From Octopus vulgaris (taxonomy: Eukaryota): a DNA stretch of 248,000 nt. The translations under genes were made by a program, and so were the position numbers. The stretch covers positions 38,212,001 through 38,460,000 of the forward strand of contig OX597823.1 in the NCBI GenBank assembly GCA_951406725.2. The letters are read 5' to 3'. This document shows positions 133,870-148,400 of the stretch, piece after piece. Under the pieces are notes generated by a model that was not told the origin of the DNA, ran no database searches, and saw nothing but the letters and a program-made list of their open reading frames with translations. Within the stretch, counting starts at the first letter, position 1; the number at the start of each line of letters is the position of its first letter.

Positions 133870-134590
133870 CATGAAGTTATACTGTCACATGGTGTGTCTT
133901 TGTTTTGCATTACTTCTTCCTTGTTTGTCAATTTTTGCAATGGTGGAAATAAAAGAACAGCATGCTTCCATGAAATTCTGTTTTCTGCTGGAGGAAATGG
134001 TGGCTGAAACAATTGTCATGCTTCAAACAGCTTACAAAGATGCTGCCATGAGCAAAACACAAGTTTATGAGTGATTTCCATGCTTTAGGAATGGTCACTT
134101 GTTGCTTGAAGACCAACCTCGTTCAGGATGACCATCAACCTCTCAAACAAATGAAAACATCATGAAAATTCATGAACTGATCTTGGAGGAACATAACTGA
134201 ACAACTTATTGACATGACTGGTGTGTCCTGGAACTCCTGTCAATGAATTTTGAGTGAGGAATTGTGAATGAAAAGAGTTGCAGCGAAATTTGTATCTTGC
134301 TTGTTCATGGAAGATCAAAAAAGCTGTCATGATTGAATGCATCTCATGGACTGAAAGAACAGTTGAAAGTTGATCCAGACCTTTTTTCAAAGGTCATCAC
134401 TAGTGAAAAAGTTGATGCTATGGAATTTGCAGATGTGGAAGAGGTGAAGAAAAAATCGATGGGAGCATTAAAAGGCATCACTTCATAAGAATTTCAGTAC
134501 TGCTTCAAATAGTGGAAAACATGCCTGGACTGATGCATTGCTTCAAATGGAAAATACTTTGAAGGCAATAAACATGTAAAACTAAGTAAA
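133870..134590 (+). pseudogene. Mariner fragment (217.7 kb family)
   Basis: EIKEQHASMKFCFLL...AMSKTQVYE*F; EDQPRSG*PSTS. Confidence 0.8.
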
Positions 134591-134974
134591 TAAAATAATA
134601 TTGAAAATTTCATCATCTGACACAAGATTGCCTCTTCCAATACCCCCATCCCTCTCAAAATCCTTGTCTCGCTAGTTACTTGATGACCTTGTGAGTGCTG
134701 GTGCCACATAAAAAACATCCAGTCCACACTGCAAAGTGGTTGGCATTTGGAGGGGCATCCAGCTGTAAAAATAATGCCAAAACTGACTTCACCTGTGCTA
134801 GTGCCATGTAAAAAGCACTGAGTCCACTCTGCAGATTAGTTGGTGTTAGGAAGGGCATCCAGCTGTAAAAATCCTGCCAAAACAGACACAATAGTCTGAG
134901 GTAGTCTTCTACTTGGCTAGCTCCTGTCAGCCATCCAACGCATGCATGCATGGAAGATGGATGCTAAATGATGA

Positions 134975-135033
<59 letters not shown>

Positions 135034-135679
135034 TTCTGTATGTGTGTGTGTGTGTGTACATACTGTATGCAGTATGGCCTTTCTGTTAGTAAAAAGAGCT
135101 TAGTAATGTGATGGCATTCTGCTAACAAGTTAGCATAATTTGCATTGTGTAATTTTTAAATTCAGTGAACTTGATTTTCTATGACATTTTAGTCACCTAA
135201 GATTTGTTTGCAATACAATGATTCAGAATTAAAAAAAACATTGATCAGATGTAAACTATTTCTGTCATATTAACATTTCTAGAGATTCATCATTTAACTT
135301 TTGATGTAGTTCATTTTAAGATGTGTGCACATGTTGTCTATAATTGTTGAATATTAGAATATAAAATTGTAAAAAAAAATATTCTGATGTTAAAAAGTGT
135401 TAACTGGCCAGACATGGGATGTAAGCCAGAAAATGGTGCAATGCTAGTTAAAAACATATAGTAAGCATTTTATGAACTAAACATTCTTCTATGAATATTT
135501 TGGTAGATCTCTCTCTCTCTTTTTCTCTCATGTTTACATATATGAATTATCATCATCATCTTAAAAACTACTTTTCCCTGCTTGCTCCCTTCATGAAATT
135601 TTCTATTACTGGATGCCCATCGTGACACCAATACACATGTGTTTCCCAGCAAGGTAATTATCTCCACAATGAATTGAAA

Positions 135680-137180
135680 GGTGATCAGTCTATTTCTGCA
135701 TATGTGGATGATGCCACCATCACTGTATCTGATGAAACTCAGCTACCTTGTGTAGAGGATGCAATCAAAGGATACAAGGTGGTGGCACGGGCAAAAATTA
135801 ACAAGGACGAGTCCATCGGCTCAGCACCTGGAGTGGCAAGATGATACTGTCCAGTGTCCCACGACACTGGATGGAAGGTCCTGTTAAGTTGCTTGGAGTC
135901 TGGTTTGGACCAGATTCCTAGACGGAGAAGAACTGGAGTGAGGTGGCGACCCTAATCCGGACCTAGTCTGGAAGGACACTATCCTTGAAGGGGAGGGCAG
136001 AGGTGGTGCAAGTGTATATTGCATCTGTTATCACCTACCATCTGACTGTTGTCTCTTGCTCTGATTCATGGCTAAACAAGTTGGAACGCTTTCTCCTCTG
136101 CTTTTTGTGGAGGGAAGGAAAACTGCTTGTGAGGCACTCTGCTGCCAAAAACCACTAAAGGGTGGGCTAGGCATGCCATGTCTGATGATGCGCAAACATG
136201 CACTGAGACTGAGGCACCTCTGGCTCTACTTGGAGGGTGACCAGGTGTGGAATACACTGGTGGAGACATTCTTTCTGCGATGGACCTCTTTGGAGGAATT
136301 CAAACCCAATTTCATAAAAAGACAGAACTTGACTGAATGGCAAAAAGAGTGTCAATGGGCACTTGTGCTAATCCACAAGGTGAGCAAAGCCGGTAGCGGG
136401 AGTACCACCTTGATACTCTATAGCAGGCTGGTAGAGTTCAAGAGGAATAACATCCTAGGAGAAGCTCTGGGGCTCGATGAGGCTAGCTAGCCAACCTGTT
136501 TCAAAGAACTTTCAGGTCAGGGTACCTGGATAACTACCAGAAATCCCTGACCTGGCAGTGCTATAGGAGTGCTTTATCTGTTCATGATAAACTGTCTAGG
136601 TATGGGATGTCTGTGCCACCATGCCCAAGGTGCAGGCAGGATGATGAAATTGTTCTGCATGCCCTTGTACAGTGCCCGGAGCTTTTGGGCTTGATAGTTT
136701 ATGCAGAACACATGCTGTCGCATCTAGGAAGAGTACAGCTATTGGCTGAGTGCATGATTAAGATTGCACCTCTACCCAGACTATCAAAGGAAGTTGAGAC
136801 ATGTATTGAAAGAAGTCACAATGGGAACATTCATCTCCAGCCCTGGTTTGCTATATTACTTGAGATATCATCTGAAGAGCAAGATAGGGCTGGAGAAAAG
136901 ACACCTGTCACAAAGTGTATATGGAAAAAGATGGAAGGATGTGGTAAGGAAGTTTGGAGTGAATGGCCCTATGTAATATCATCCATAGTAAAGGAGTATG
137001 GTGCTGCTGGTTTTCTTCATGGCCAAGGTGTAAAATTTTAAGTGTATCTAATTTATAATTGTATCTAATATAAATCATCATATTTTTAAAATCTCATTAA
137101 AACGAACTCATAAACACTATTTGTTTGTAATGTCCTGTATTGTCCCCTCTATGTATTGATATTGTATTATCATAATAAAG
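135680..137180 (+). pseudogene. Tx1/L1-clade LINE RT C-terminal half with zinc-binding tail
   Basis: SAYVDDATI, KINKDES, LLGVWFG, GGLGMP, CPRC...E..LHALVQCP; aataaa near 137175. Confidence 0.85.
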
Positions 137181-138062
137181 AATACATCTCTACCAGATGA
137201 GGTGTCCAGTACTGAAGAGAAGTAGAAATAGCCTGAAACCAGACCGGTTCCATCACTAGAAGGTGGTAGGGGTTTGTTCACAGTATATCGGATACAGCTG
137301 TGTATTGTTAACCAGCTAGAGGAGATGTTCTCTTGGGGTTACAAAATCACAGTAAATTCCGCTGGAATGGAACAGCCATGTTGAAGTGGCTATGAACATT
137401 ACTTACTAGTACAACTGCTGTGATCATCTCTTAAAGAGATTTTAGAATTAGATTTTTAGCTTTTATATATTATTTTATTTTTATTTTATCTTTATCTAGT
137501 TTCAGCTCACAAGCTGTGGCCATGTGTATATATATATTTATTATACTTTTACAAGATGAAGGGTGGCAATAACTTTGAAGTTTCAACCTGGTAGTCTTTG
137601 TCAACCTACAATGGACAGTCTGATGAAAGCTGTCAGGATGAAACTTCAAAGTCACTGTCATTGGTCCTCTTGTACAAGTTTGATAAATATGTACTCTACA
137701 AAAAGTATTGAATAATTCATCAGTTTAATATTGGTTTCAAATTTTGACACAAAGCCAGCAATTTCAGGGGAGGGGAGAAGTTGTTTATATCAACCCCCAT
137801 GTTCAACTAGTACTTATTTTATCGACCCTGAAAGGATGAAAGGCAAAGTCGACCTTGGCGGAATTTGAACTCAGTATGTAAAGACAGACAAGATGTCATT
137901 AAGCATTTTGTGTTGCATGCTAATGATTCTGCCAGCTTGCTGCCTTGCCTTCAATTTAATATTAAATTGATTTTATTATAATTTGACATAAAAACAAACA
138001 TTGCATCTTGTCACAGGGTGCTGTCCTTGTCTCTTCCCTCTTTATTGTCATTTTGTTAAATA

Positions 138063-138095
<33 letters not shown>

Positions 138096-141000
138096 GCACA
138101 TACTGGCACTCATGCCACATATACACTCATATATAGACAAATACACACACACACACACATACACACATATATAGGCTGCAGTCAAATGACCGAAACAAGT
138201 AAAAGAATGTGTGTGTGTGTGTATCATTTAACTCCTGTCTGCATGCTAGCTTGGGTTTGAGGATGACATAATACTCCAATGTTTTAGTTTTTGGCATGGT
138301 TTCTATGGCTGAATGTCTTTCATTATGTCAATCACTTTAAAAGTGTACTGAGTGCTATTTTTGTGACACCAGTATTCATGAAATTGCCATTTATAAATAT
138401 ATATATGTTTAAATATATACATATGTCTGTATGTATGTGCATGTATATACATGTGCATATATTTGTAAATATGTGTATATGTATATGCGTATTTGTATAA
138501 GTATGCATATCTATATGTGTATATCGGTATAAATATATGTACACGTATATCATATACATATAAAAAGTAGTCCATAAATAACCATCATTGATGATGGCTT
138601 AAGTGGATAAAATTTTGAAGTCACTGTCAACAACGTTCTTGTATAAGAATAAGAAATTTGTAGTCTACAAAAGTATAGAATATGATTAATGTAAAATTGT
138701 TTTTATTATAACAACATAAAAACAAACATTATGACAGACACACCTGCGCGTGCATGTGCAAACTACATATTTTGAAAGTTATATTAAGCAGAAAATATTG
138801 AAATTTTTTTTTTTATAAAAATAGAAATCAAATATATTTATTGCGTTTTTCATTTAATACTTGTAGAACTGGTTACTGGTAATTCTGTGGCTGCTACAAG
138901 TATCAATGTTTTGCACTAATAATCTGCAATTGTTAGAAATTGTGAACATGTATACTTTTGCAGGGTCTTAATATATATTTTTTTATGTGCTTATATTGAT
139001 AGTACTTCACTTAGCTGAATATATGTGACTGATATAAATGTTTGTGCCTAACATTCTACATTACTCAAATGTTTATGTATTTAGACCTACGACTGCATTT
139101 TTAACACCTGTATTTTCCATTCTCATTCATTACATTAGCATCTATTATAGAAGTCATTGATTTTTTTGCACTTAATCATCCAAGAGCATTTTTGTGTATA
139201 GCTAAAGCAGCCAGTTTATTAAAATGGATCAGTAAATGAGAAGCCTTTCAAAATAGATATATTTAGTAGATACACTGCAATTTAAGTATTCCTTTCTTAG
139301 TTTTATTTCTTTTAAAGTTTGGTTGTAGATTTACTGTTACTTATATATTATTGTGTTGTTTTATTGATCTTAGCATTGTGAAGGTTGAATCCATAATATT
139401 TTGAGTCCACTGACCTCAGTGTTTTTTATAGGTAATATATGTTAATATGTGAAAGGAAGTTTTGAACAGATATTTTTTCTATGAATCATAATTAATGTAT
139501 GTTACTGTTCTGGTATATTGGGAAAATAATTTCAATTGCTGCATAGATTCATTACATTAAGTATTGAAAAGTGCTGTAAATGATTTTAGTGTAATAAAAA
139601 CTAACCCTTTTTTATATATAATATTGTAAATTTCAGACTTGGAAGTCATTTAACAGTAACAATAGTGTTAAGTATTTTCAACATTAGAAAAATAATAATG
139701 TAAGTGGATAGAAACAATTGCACTTTTAATACTATAATTTTAACTTAGAGAAGTTTATTTTATAGTTGTTGGAAGGATTTAAGGTTTCTATAAAACGTTT
139801 GCTGTCATTGCATATAAATTTGTATATATTTACTGTAGAAAGAATGAGGACTCAATTGAGAAGAAGACGTCAGTAAAGAAATAATACGATTTTCTTTATT
139901 ATTGAAACTGCTTAATCACATTGATAAAAAGCTGCTGGATTACTGCAAATCCACAGCTAATTATATTCAATAAAGATAAGTACAAGCAAGTATATAGCAG
140001 GTGAAAAAGAATTAGTCCTAAAAATGTAATTTGCCAATAGAACCACATTTGGAAATAATATACAGGTATTCAGAAAAGCATAAATGTTCATTGCTTGTTC
140101 AATATCTAAAGAATAAATCTGTGTTTAAATAGAATATAGTTCAAATAATGTCTTTAGCAAATACCTACAGGATCAGGTTAACAACTTGTTAACCCACTAC
140201 TGTTAAGAAATATAAGAGGTTGAGACAGTGGAAAGAATTGCTTTTTTGTCTAAAGTGGATCCATCCAAACAGGCAAATTTTGAATTTCTTACAGAAATCT
140301 TTATTTTATACAATTTTTATTTTCTTTATGTTACTCAAAAATATAGAGTGATGATTGGCTAAAATTGTGTTTAGTGAGTGACCTTCATTGGGGTTATTTT
140401 GCTTGTGAGGCTGCCAACTCGCGCCAAATTCAATGCTGTGTATGTGACATGTGAGTGTATTAAAATGGCTGGTATGTGCAGCAACAGAAATAGATTGATT
140501 AAATCATGTATGTGTGAGACACATTGATGAGTAAGTCTGAGCTGAAAAACAGCTAATTTTTTTGTATCTGTATGTTGGATCAAACTAGCATCCACTTCAT
140601 ACATCTGTATAATTAAGATGGTAACATATACTCTAATTTTTCTGAAATAGAAAATTGATGCTAAAGAGAATTGAGAACAAGAATATTTAGAAATTTTTCA
140701 TTGATTATGGAAATAGTATTTTTCATTAATTCTATAACAAACTTCAAATTTATGGATCTAAAAATAATAATTCTACAAACACAAATATTTCTTTTGTTTC
140801 ATTTATAAAACTTGTGGCAAATGCAAATTAACTTCATTAATTTTGACAATGTTATTAAGAAAATTTTGCTGTAATTATTTTTCTCCCATCAACCATTTAT
140901 GCAAGGTATATTCTTTTTAATATTCATATTCTCAAAATTATATTTTATTTAAATTAGGTATATCATTTTAAAATTAAGTGTTTTGGTATTTAGATTACAT

Positions 141001-142307
141001 TTTTGGTTCAGTGCATTATGGTTCTAATTTATCCCAAATTTACAAATGAAGCTAGAACAGCTAGAGCATTTATTGATAAATAGGAAACAACAGCTTTCAA
141101 TGTTAGCAAATATTCAATGAGCTGTATTTGGTTACTGTGGAAACCAAGTGACAACAAGCATGCTCATTGCAGTCTATTTCTAACCCTGTCCTTTATATAA
141201 TCCATACTCATTCAGTTTTATTGACAGACAGGTCTACTCTTCTAATGAAATGATATTACAATAAAAATACTGATGATTGAAAATTATTTATTAATTACTG
141301 TATGCATATACATCTAAAGAAATAATATATATATGCATGTGTGTGTGCCTTTTTATATATTTGAGTATGTATGTACACACACACACACACACATACATAT
141401 CTATGTATTAATATGGATACATATTCTTGTGTCTGTATACATATTTATATCATCATCATCATTATCATTTAATGTCCATTGTCCATGCTGGCATGGGATG
141501 GATGGTTTGACCAGGGCTGGTAAGCTGAGGGGCTGCACCAGACTCTAGTCTGATTTGGCATGGTTTCTACTGCTGGATGTCCTTCCTAACACCAACCATT
141601 CCAAGTGTGTAATGGATGCTTTACGTACCACCAGCATGGGTGTCAGTTTGCATGAGACCAATATCTGCTACAACTACTTGGCTTGATGGATCTTCTTCTC
141701 AAGCACATCATTTGTCATTGCCTCCATGAGGCCCAGTATACGGGAGGTGTTTTTTATGTGTCACAAGCACAGGTGCTTGTTACATAACACCAACATCAAT
141801 CACATTGCTTCTGTGAAGCTCAACGCTCAAAAGGTGCTTTTTACATGCCACAGGCACAAGTGCCAGTTACATGACACCAACAACAACCACAACTATGATT
141901 TCACCTGGCTTGGCACATCTTCTCAAGCACAGCACATCACCAAAGGCCTCGCTCACTAATCATTGCTTCTATGAAGCCTAACATTTGAAGATCATGCTTC
142001 ACCATCTTGTTCCATGTCTTCCTGGGTCTCCCTCTTCCACAGCTTCCTTCCACTTGTAGAGATCGGAACTTCTTCACATAACTGTCCACATCCATACACA
142101 TCATATGACTGTACCAACACAGTTATCACTTTTGTACACCATATCTGATACCTCTTATGCTCAGCTTCTATCTCAAGACGCTTATACTCTGTTGTACATG
142201 CACACTGACATTACATATCCAGCAAAAGCATACTAGCATCATTTCTTTCAAGTCTATGCATGTCCTTGGTAGTCACAGCCCATGTTTCACTGCCATATAA
142301 CATGGCT

Positions 142308-142346
<39 letters not shown>

Positions 142347-142349
<3 letters not shown>

Positions 142350-142730
142350 TCGCCCGGCGTTGCTCAGGTTTGTAAGGGAAATAACTATAAAGCATTTTTA
142401 GAGAGTTATAGCCAAAAAATAGCCAAAAAATGGAAAAAAAATAATGGTAAATTTTTTTTTGAGAGTTAAAAAAGGTGGAGTTGCGTCCCCTAGACGGTCT
142501 GTGGTTTGGGTTTCTGATTCTCGACCCCATGTCGAATTTATCGATTTTTTTCAGAACTGGGGGAACTTTTCAAAATTTTCGCTGCGTTAGTTTTGAATTA
142601 TGACATTGGGCTATGTGTGTGTCAAGTTTCATCAGAATCGGTTGAAAGCCGTGGTCAGAGTGAGGGTACGAGAAAACAGACACACAGAAAACGCACAGAC
142701 AAACTGCCGTTTATATATAGAGATATATAT
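142347..142730 (+). mobile_element. Non-autonomous Helitron/Helentron-like element; longer copy at 148305-149225
   Basis: 5' tagtatcgcccggcgttgctcagg / actagcagcatagcctggcattgcccggg; shared ...gtcaagtttcatcagaatcggttg...acagacaaactgccgtttatatatagaga end. Confidence 0.65.
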
Positions 142731-145039
142731 ATATATATATATATATATGAGGTGGTATCAAAATGTTTCTGGACTAGTTCTATAGCATGTCAGCAGGTCA
142801 GCAGATGGCAACATACAACTGCAAGTGCATTGAGAGCTAGAAGTGACTTCATGAGGCAGTGTGGTAAGTGACATCACTGTTTTCACTTCGGAGTTTGTGA
142901 AATTTGTGCTTTTATGATCACGTGTAAGCTGCAGTTTGTGATTTTGTCATGGACAGGAACAAAGAGCCAACAAATTTTCCATTAAACTTGGGAACTTGCA
143001 TTAAACTTGCTACAGAGACTTTGAGCAGTCTTTGGCAAGTCTACAGTGATGAGGCAGTGGATTGTATACAATGTTTTGAGTGCTACAGGTGTTTCAAAAG
143101 CAGAATATTCCTAGAAGACGATGAGCAATCTGGAAGACCTGCCACAAACGTCATCCCTGAAAATGTGATATTGTGCATTGAGAATTCATCCCCCAGGGCC
143201 AGACAGTCAATCAAAAGTTCTACTGCAATGTTTGTTTTAAAGCATTTGAGAGAGGACATTCAGTGAAAGAAACCAGATCTGTGGAGCACAAAGAATTGAA
143301 TTCTCCACTGAGCTCTCCTCACTCCTGAGTTTCTTGCCAGAAACAACATGGTGACCAAATTTAGCACCTGCAGACTTCCATCTCTTCCCCAAAATGAAAA
143401 TGCAGCTCAAAGGTCTCCATTTTAACACTGTTGTTGAGATCCAGAGTGAATTGCAGAAGGCCCTCAACTTGCTTACAGAAAATGACTTCCAGGCTGGATT
143501 CCAAATGTGGCAGGAACTCTGGGACTGGTGTATTGCTGCACAAGGTGACTATTTCAAAGGAGATGATGTTAAAACTTAAGTAAATAAGTTATTTTTTATT
143601 AAACATAACTAGTTCAGGAACTTTTTGATACCACTTCATATGTGTGTGTGTGTGTGTGTAAAAATTAGAGAAGAAATTCATTCTAAGCATGGACACAAAG
143701 CCTGGACTTGAGTGACTTTAGGAAACTTACCAAAGATTAAGGTGGTAGTAAACAGGAAAAGAGACAGGACCTTAGTATCATCAAGAGAATAAGTTTATTT
143801 AATATGCAGAAAAAGAGTAAGTAGGAATACCATACACTGTAATCGGTGTAAGCTATGGACGCTCAAGAGTTGTAGTGAAATCATACGTATTGGAACAAGT
143901 TTAGGGAGCTATTAATTTTGTTGGGTATGGAAGACTTTTCCCTCAGAGTAGAGGGCAGATTGTATGATGCTTGTGTTATAACAACAATATTGCATGGTAT
144001 TAAGTTGTAAACCTTGAATACACAAGACTTGCAAAGGTTAATAAAATTGCTTCAGTGAGTGTATAATGTTAGTGTGCATGAACACCAGAATACTAATGAT
144101 TTGAGATAAAAACTAGTTAATCATATGTAGTGTGCAAGATAGAAGACTGTTGGTATGGATATGTGATGTGTATGGAGGATTACTGCAGTATAGAGAAGTG
144201 CCAAGAGCTTCAAATTAATGGAATCTTTGAAAGAGGGAGACCAAGACAGACTTGAGATGGTGAAGTGATGAAGGCTGATCTGAAAATGTTGAATCTCATG
144301 GAGGAGATGATAAAAGACTGTACTGATTGGCAATCAGTGCTGCAGAAGACCTGGCCACCAGCTGTGAAATATACCTTAACACGAGGGTATATCAGTACTC
144401 ACCAAAATCTCCTGTTCCTTCAAAATGATGAGTGAGTGGAACAATTTCTCTTGTGCTGAAATTGCAAAATGCATTCAGTGTACAAGTAAGGTGGCTGAGC
144501 AGAGAATGCATAGGGTTCTAAGGTCTCTTTATTCATCCTCTCCCGAGTTGGTACTGCGAAAAAATGTTCCCTGTCCACTCTGTAAAGAAGTTGGTTATAG
144601 ACCTGTCCAATTTATGCCAGCATGGAAAGTGGATGTAAAAACGATGATGATGCATATACGTGTGTGTGTATGCATGTGCGTACTAGTGTGCATGCATCTA
144701 TAATACTGTTCAGCTACAATCTCATCTACTTATTGTAACACTTAACTATGGAACAAAATTGAAGAGTCTATCATGCAATGTTTTATTTGTAAGTCTATTG
144801 ACTGATAAACTATACTTAATGTTGTCAAAAACTTAACATTAGGCTGCACTTTAAAAAAGTTTGCATTTTTCACAACAAGTCTTTATCTTATCAAAATATT
144901 TAAAAATATATTTTATTATACAAATGTAGCCATTCTTGCATTGTGCAACCTCAAAAAGAAACAGTAAAATACACTAAATATCACTGTGGTGACTCCTCTA
145001 TATTGGAGGAACAACTGCATTGCCTAGCCAAGCAATTTA

Positions 145040-145450
145040 GTCCATGTCATGTTAAATGTCTGAAGATGTAGATTATTCATAACAAGGTTGGTTCAGCAAG
145101 TGCTCTGTTTAAGGGAGCTGCTTGCTCCTCTTGTATTGTTGAACATAATCATTTTTGTTTTCTTCTCTTATTAGGTACCAGCGACAGTCTGTCATCATAT
145201 TTGTATTCATCTGTCCCTGCTAGCTTTTTTCTGTATTTTGTTATGGCATTGTGTAAATACTTTCCTTGTTCTTCATTAACAACCCCTAAATTAACAGGGA
145301 AGTAATCTAGATGACTATGGAGGAAATGCACTTTATCTACTTACATTACATTCTCTCTTGTGAATAGAGAAAAATAAATTTGTCAATAGATCTATTTGTG
145401 GATTTGTTGTAAAAAAAAAAAAAAAATGAAATAAAATTCCCACAAGTTTT
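145040..145450 (-). pseudogene. Chapaev3-like (CMC) transposase C-terminal fragment
   Basis: MHFLHSHLDYFPVNLGVVNEEQG..LH resembles the HFLHSHLDFFP.NLGAVSDEQGERFH motif. Confidence 0.65.
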
Positions 145451-148400
145451 GTGGAAGCTGCTCTGTATTTTTTTTTGATAGGTTTAAAAACCTATAAATA
145501 CTTTATTTTTACATAATTTTTCTTTCTTAGAGCATCAAAGATACTTGCCTTCAATTTTTTTTTTATTTAAAGCAGGATAGATCACAATTTGAACAGGTCT
145601 TTTCCTAATAGATATTGAGTTAGAGTTATCATTTATACTAAACTGACAGTGAGGCCAAAAGCCTTATAAATTCAAACAAATACATGAGAAGAGATTTGGT
145701 GATTGGCCTTAGTTAGTTGTTGAACAACGTTGTCATCAGCATATTGTAATTCACAGATCCTTGCCTTTGTTAATCTTTCCCCTGTCACTCTGTCACATCA
145801 ATAAATCAATTCCTCTCATCATACACCCTCCTTCATGACAACCAATCAGTTCTGCTCAGTGCCATGACTTCACCCATGACTTCTCATGTCATCACTCTCT
145901 TTCCTTTTTTTTCTTTTTTGATGGTTACAAGGCAACCTCACTAGTGCTGGTGACATGAAAAAAGCCCCCAGTAAACTGTAAAATTGTCAGCAAAATGAGT
146001 AGAGACAACAGGGGTTTGAGAGGAGTCTTTGGTCTTGCTAAAGGCAAAAGAATAGTGCTGGTGGCACACACACAAAAAAAAAATTGCACTCTGTACACTC
146101 TGTAAAGTGGTTGGTGTTATGAAGGACATCCAGCCATAGAAATCAAGCCAAAACTAGGACATTGGAACAAGATGTGGCCCTTTGACTTGTCAGATCCTGT
146201 CAAACCACTCCATCCATACCAGTATGTAAAACAAATGTAAAATGATGAAGGTGATAATGATGAGATCATAGTCATAGAGCTAATGCATTTTACTTTCAGC
146301 AGTCAATCTGTACAGAAACAAATGCTTCCAGATCTTAAAAACTCTTCATAAGGAGTTTATTTCCTTTACAAGCTTTCTTAGCTAAAAATTTCCAGTTGAC
146401 ATTTTCCCTTTCTTAAGAACCTGTACTAGATTCTTCCTTTTTAGGGGGTTAATTTCCGAAGTAAGCCTACTACCTTTCATTATTATGTAGCAACTATGTG
146501 GTTGTTGCATGAGGCTTTTGTCATCATCAAGAAGTCTTATAGATTCTGCTTTAATTTTAAATGAATAGAAAAGTTTTTAAATTAATAGAAATGGTTGGAG
146601 AATGACAAAAATGGGCACGTTTGCATTTCTAGTTTATGATAGACAAAAACTGATATTATCAGGTCATTCCATAAGTTCTGTCCAATTTTACCTTTTTTAA
146701 AATTCAATGAAATTTAATAGTATTTTAGAATGTCTAATGGAATTAAAAATTATTTTACAGAATAATAGAATTGAAATTTCTTTGATTAAAACCCTTTCTA
146801 ACATGGAAGTATCCAAAGAGCATTTGAGGCACATAATGCTTTATGAGTACAAAAAAGGAAACTCTGCAGCCAAAGCAACTCGAAACATACACTCAGTTTA
146901 TGGGAAAGAATGCTTGAATGAAAGAACTTACAGAAGATGGTTTGCAAAATTCAGAAGTGGAGATTTCAGCCTTGAAGATGAAGATCGAACAGGACGTCCA
147001 GTTGAATTTGATGATAAGCTCCTTGAGGCATTACTTAAAGAAAATCTTGCATTATCAGTTGAAGAATTGGCAATAAAGCTTAGTTCAAACCATACAACTG
147101 TTCATTGTCATCTTCAGCAACTTAGAAAGGTTCCTAAACTTGGAAAACGGGTGCCTCATGAATTGTCCGAAAGTAACTGCAAATCCTGAGTTGACATCTG
147201 CTCTTCTCTCCATTCTCACAAACTCATTTTACCTTTTTTGGATAGACTTGTGACTGGCGATGAAATATGGATCTTCTATCGAAATGTTAAATGTCATAAA
147301 AAGTGGCTTGGTAAAAGGGAAAAAGCTCAACCACAACCGAGAAGGGAACTTCATGGGAAAAAGGTTCTTCTCTCTATCTAGTGGGATTGCAAAGGAGTAA
147401 TTTGCTTTGAATTGTTACCACCTAATGCAACAATCAATGATCAAGTCTACTGTTAGCAATTAGAGCATTTGAACCAAGCTTTGAAGAAAAAAAGACCTGC
147501 TTTAGTGAATCAAAAAGAAGTGATCTTTCATCAGAAAATGTGCGACCCTGCACCACAAAGATCACATCACAGAAGATCAAAGAGCTTGGTTTGGAAAAAA
147601 CTCCTCATCCACCTTAATCTCCTAACCTTGCTCCTTCAGACTACTTACTATTTGTTTCATAGTTTACAGAATCATTTGGGGGACATAACTTTTGCAAGCC
147701 AGGAGGAGGTCAAAACTGACATTTCAGAGTTCTTTGCTTTGAAAGCAAAAGAGTTTTACGTTGATGGGATTAAAAAGCTTGTAAATAGACAGAAGGAAGT
147801 CATAGATAATCAGGGAAAGTACACTGATGATTAAATTTCAGCTAAATATAACATTTGATCACTTGTTTTCATTATTCAAAATTCGGACAGAACTTATGGG
147901 ATGACCTAATATATTTCAATTCGAAATTCACCTTAAGCTATCTTTACTTTCAAAAGTAGTAAAATTGTTGCTGACCAATGACCAGGAATAATATATATAT
148001 AATTATATATATGTATTATTCCAAAGACAATTGACATGGAAATAAATATTTCAAATTAAGTGCAGTACATATATTATTGATATATGCTTTAGAATCCGCG
148101 GCTCATTTGTGTAATTACTGTACTTTGTTCTCAGGGACTGTGGATTCAAATCTTGCAATATGCACTTTTCTCTCATAGGAAAATACAGTCAGCCTAATAA
148201 AAATTATTAATGTATTAGTGATATAGTTGTATTATAGTAGAGTATTATTGAAGATTATATCTTCAATTTTGTTCTGTGGTTAAGCGTGTTTAAATTATTT
148301 ACTACTAGCAGCATAGCCTGGCATTGCCCGGGTATGTAAGAAACTTTGTCGATAAGCAAGCCCTTTACCTTTTTACCCATTTTTGTACTCATTGAACCGT